Part shown: positions 63,924 to 64,000 of the stretch, piece after piece | Numbering within the stretch: the first letter of the stretch is position 1 | Layout of the letters: each line of letters starts with the position of its first letter | Origin: Nitrosopumilaceae archaeon | GTDB taxonomy: Archaea; Thermoproteota; Nitrososphaeria; Nitrososphaerales; Nitrosopumilaceae | Length of the DNA stretch: 64,000 nt | Assembly (NCBI GenBank): GCA_965214835.1 | Contig: CBDCCK010000002.1 | Coordinates: 2,720,001 to 2,784,000, forward strand | Direction of reading: 5' to 3' | Position numbers and translations under genes: made by a program | Notes under the pieces: model-generated | What the model was told of the DNA's origin: nothing | Databases searched by the model: none | What the model saw: the letters and a program-made list of their open reading frames with translations, nothing else

Positions 63924-64000
63924 GGCGCCGGCCACCAATATGTTTTTCAAACCCCTGAACCGACATACTGTACAGTGTCAAGCAAAATCTATGACTATAA

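Overview
Archaeal chromosome segment, most likely Nitrososphaerota (Nitrosopumilaceae-like). Support: archaeal EF-2 with the diphthamide loop, futalosine-pathway mqnE/mqnD, archaeal class III pilins and a TFB-like gene. The region is very rich in IS elements and MITEs (IS630, IS66, IS5-type, IS6-like) and has many disrupted genes. From about 23.4 to 46 kb lies a decaying ICE-like island with a T4SS-like set (VirB2/B3/B4/B6, IS-split VirD4), a type IV pilus set (3 pilins, prepilin peptidase, ATPase, platform protein), actin-like and ParB-like proteins, a TFB paralogue and DUF3800 genes. The most striking feature is two paralogous RNA-only modules inside this island (29120-29272 and 36630-36779). 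Each has a tRNA gene with an alanine acceptor identity (G3:U70, A73) but a non-alanine anticodon (GUC=Asp; AAG=Leu). Each tRNA sits back-to-back with a predicted ~47-nt antisense RNA that is complementary to its own D/anticodon arms and ends in a hairpin plus poly-U. I infer a candidate mistranslating-tRNA toxin / antisense-RNA antitoxin addiction system. All family assignments come from motif recognition by eye, not from database searches.
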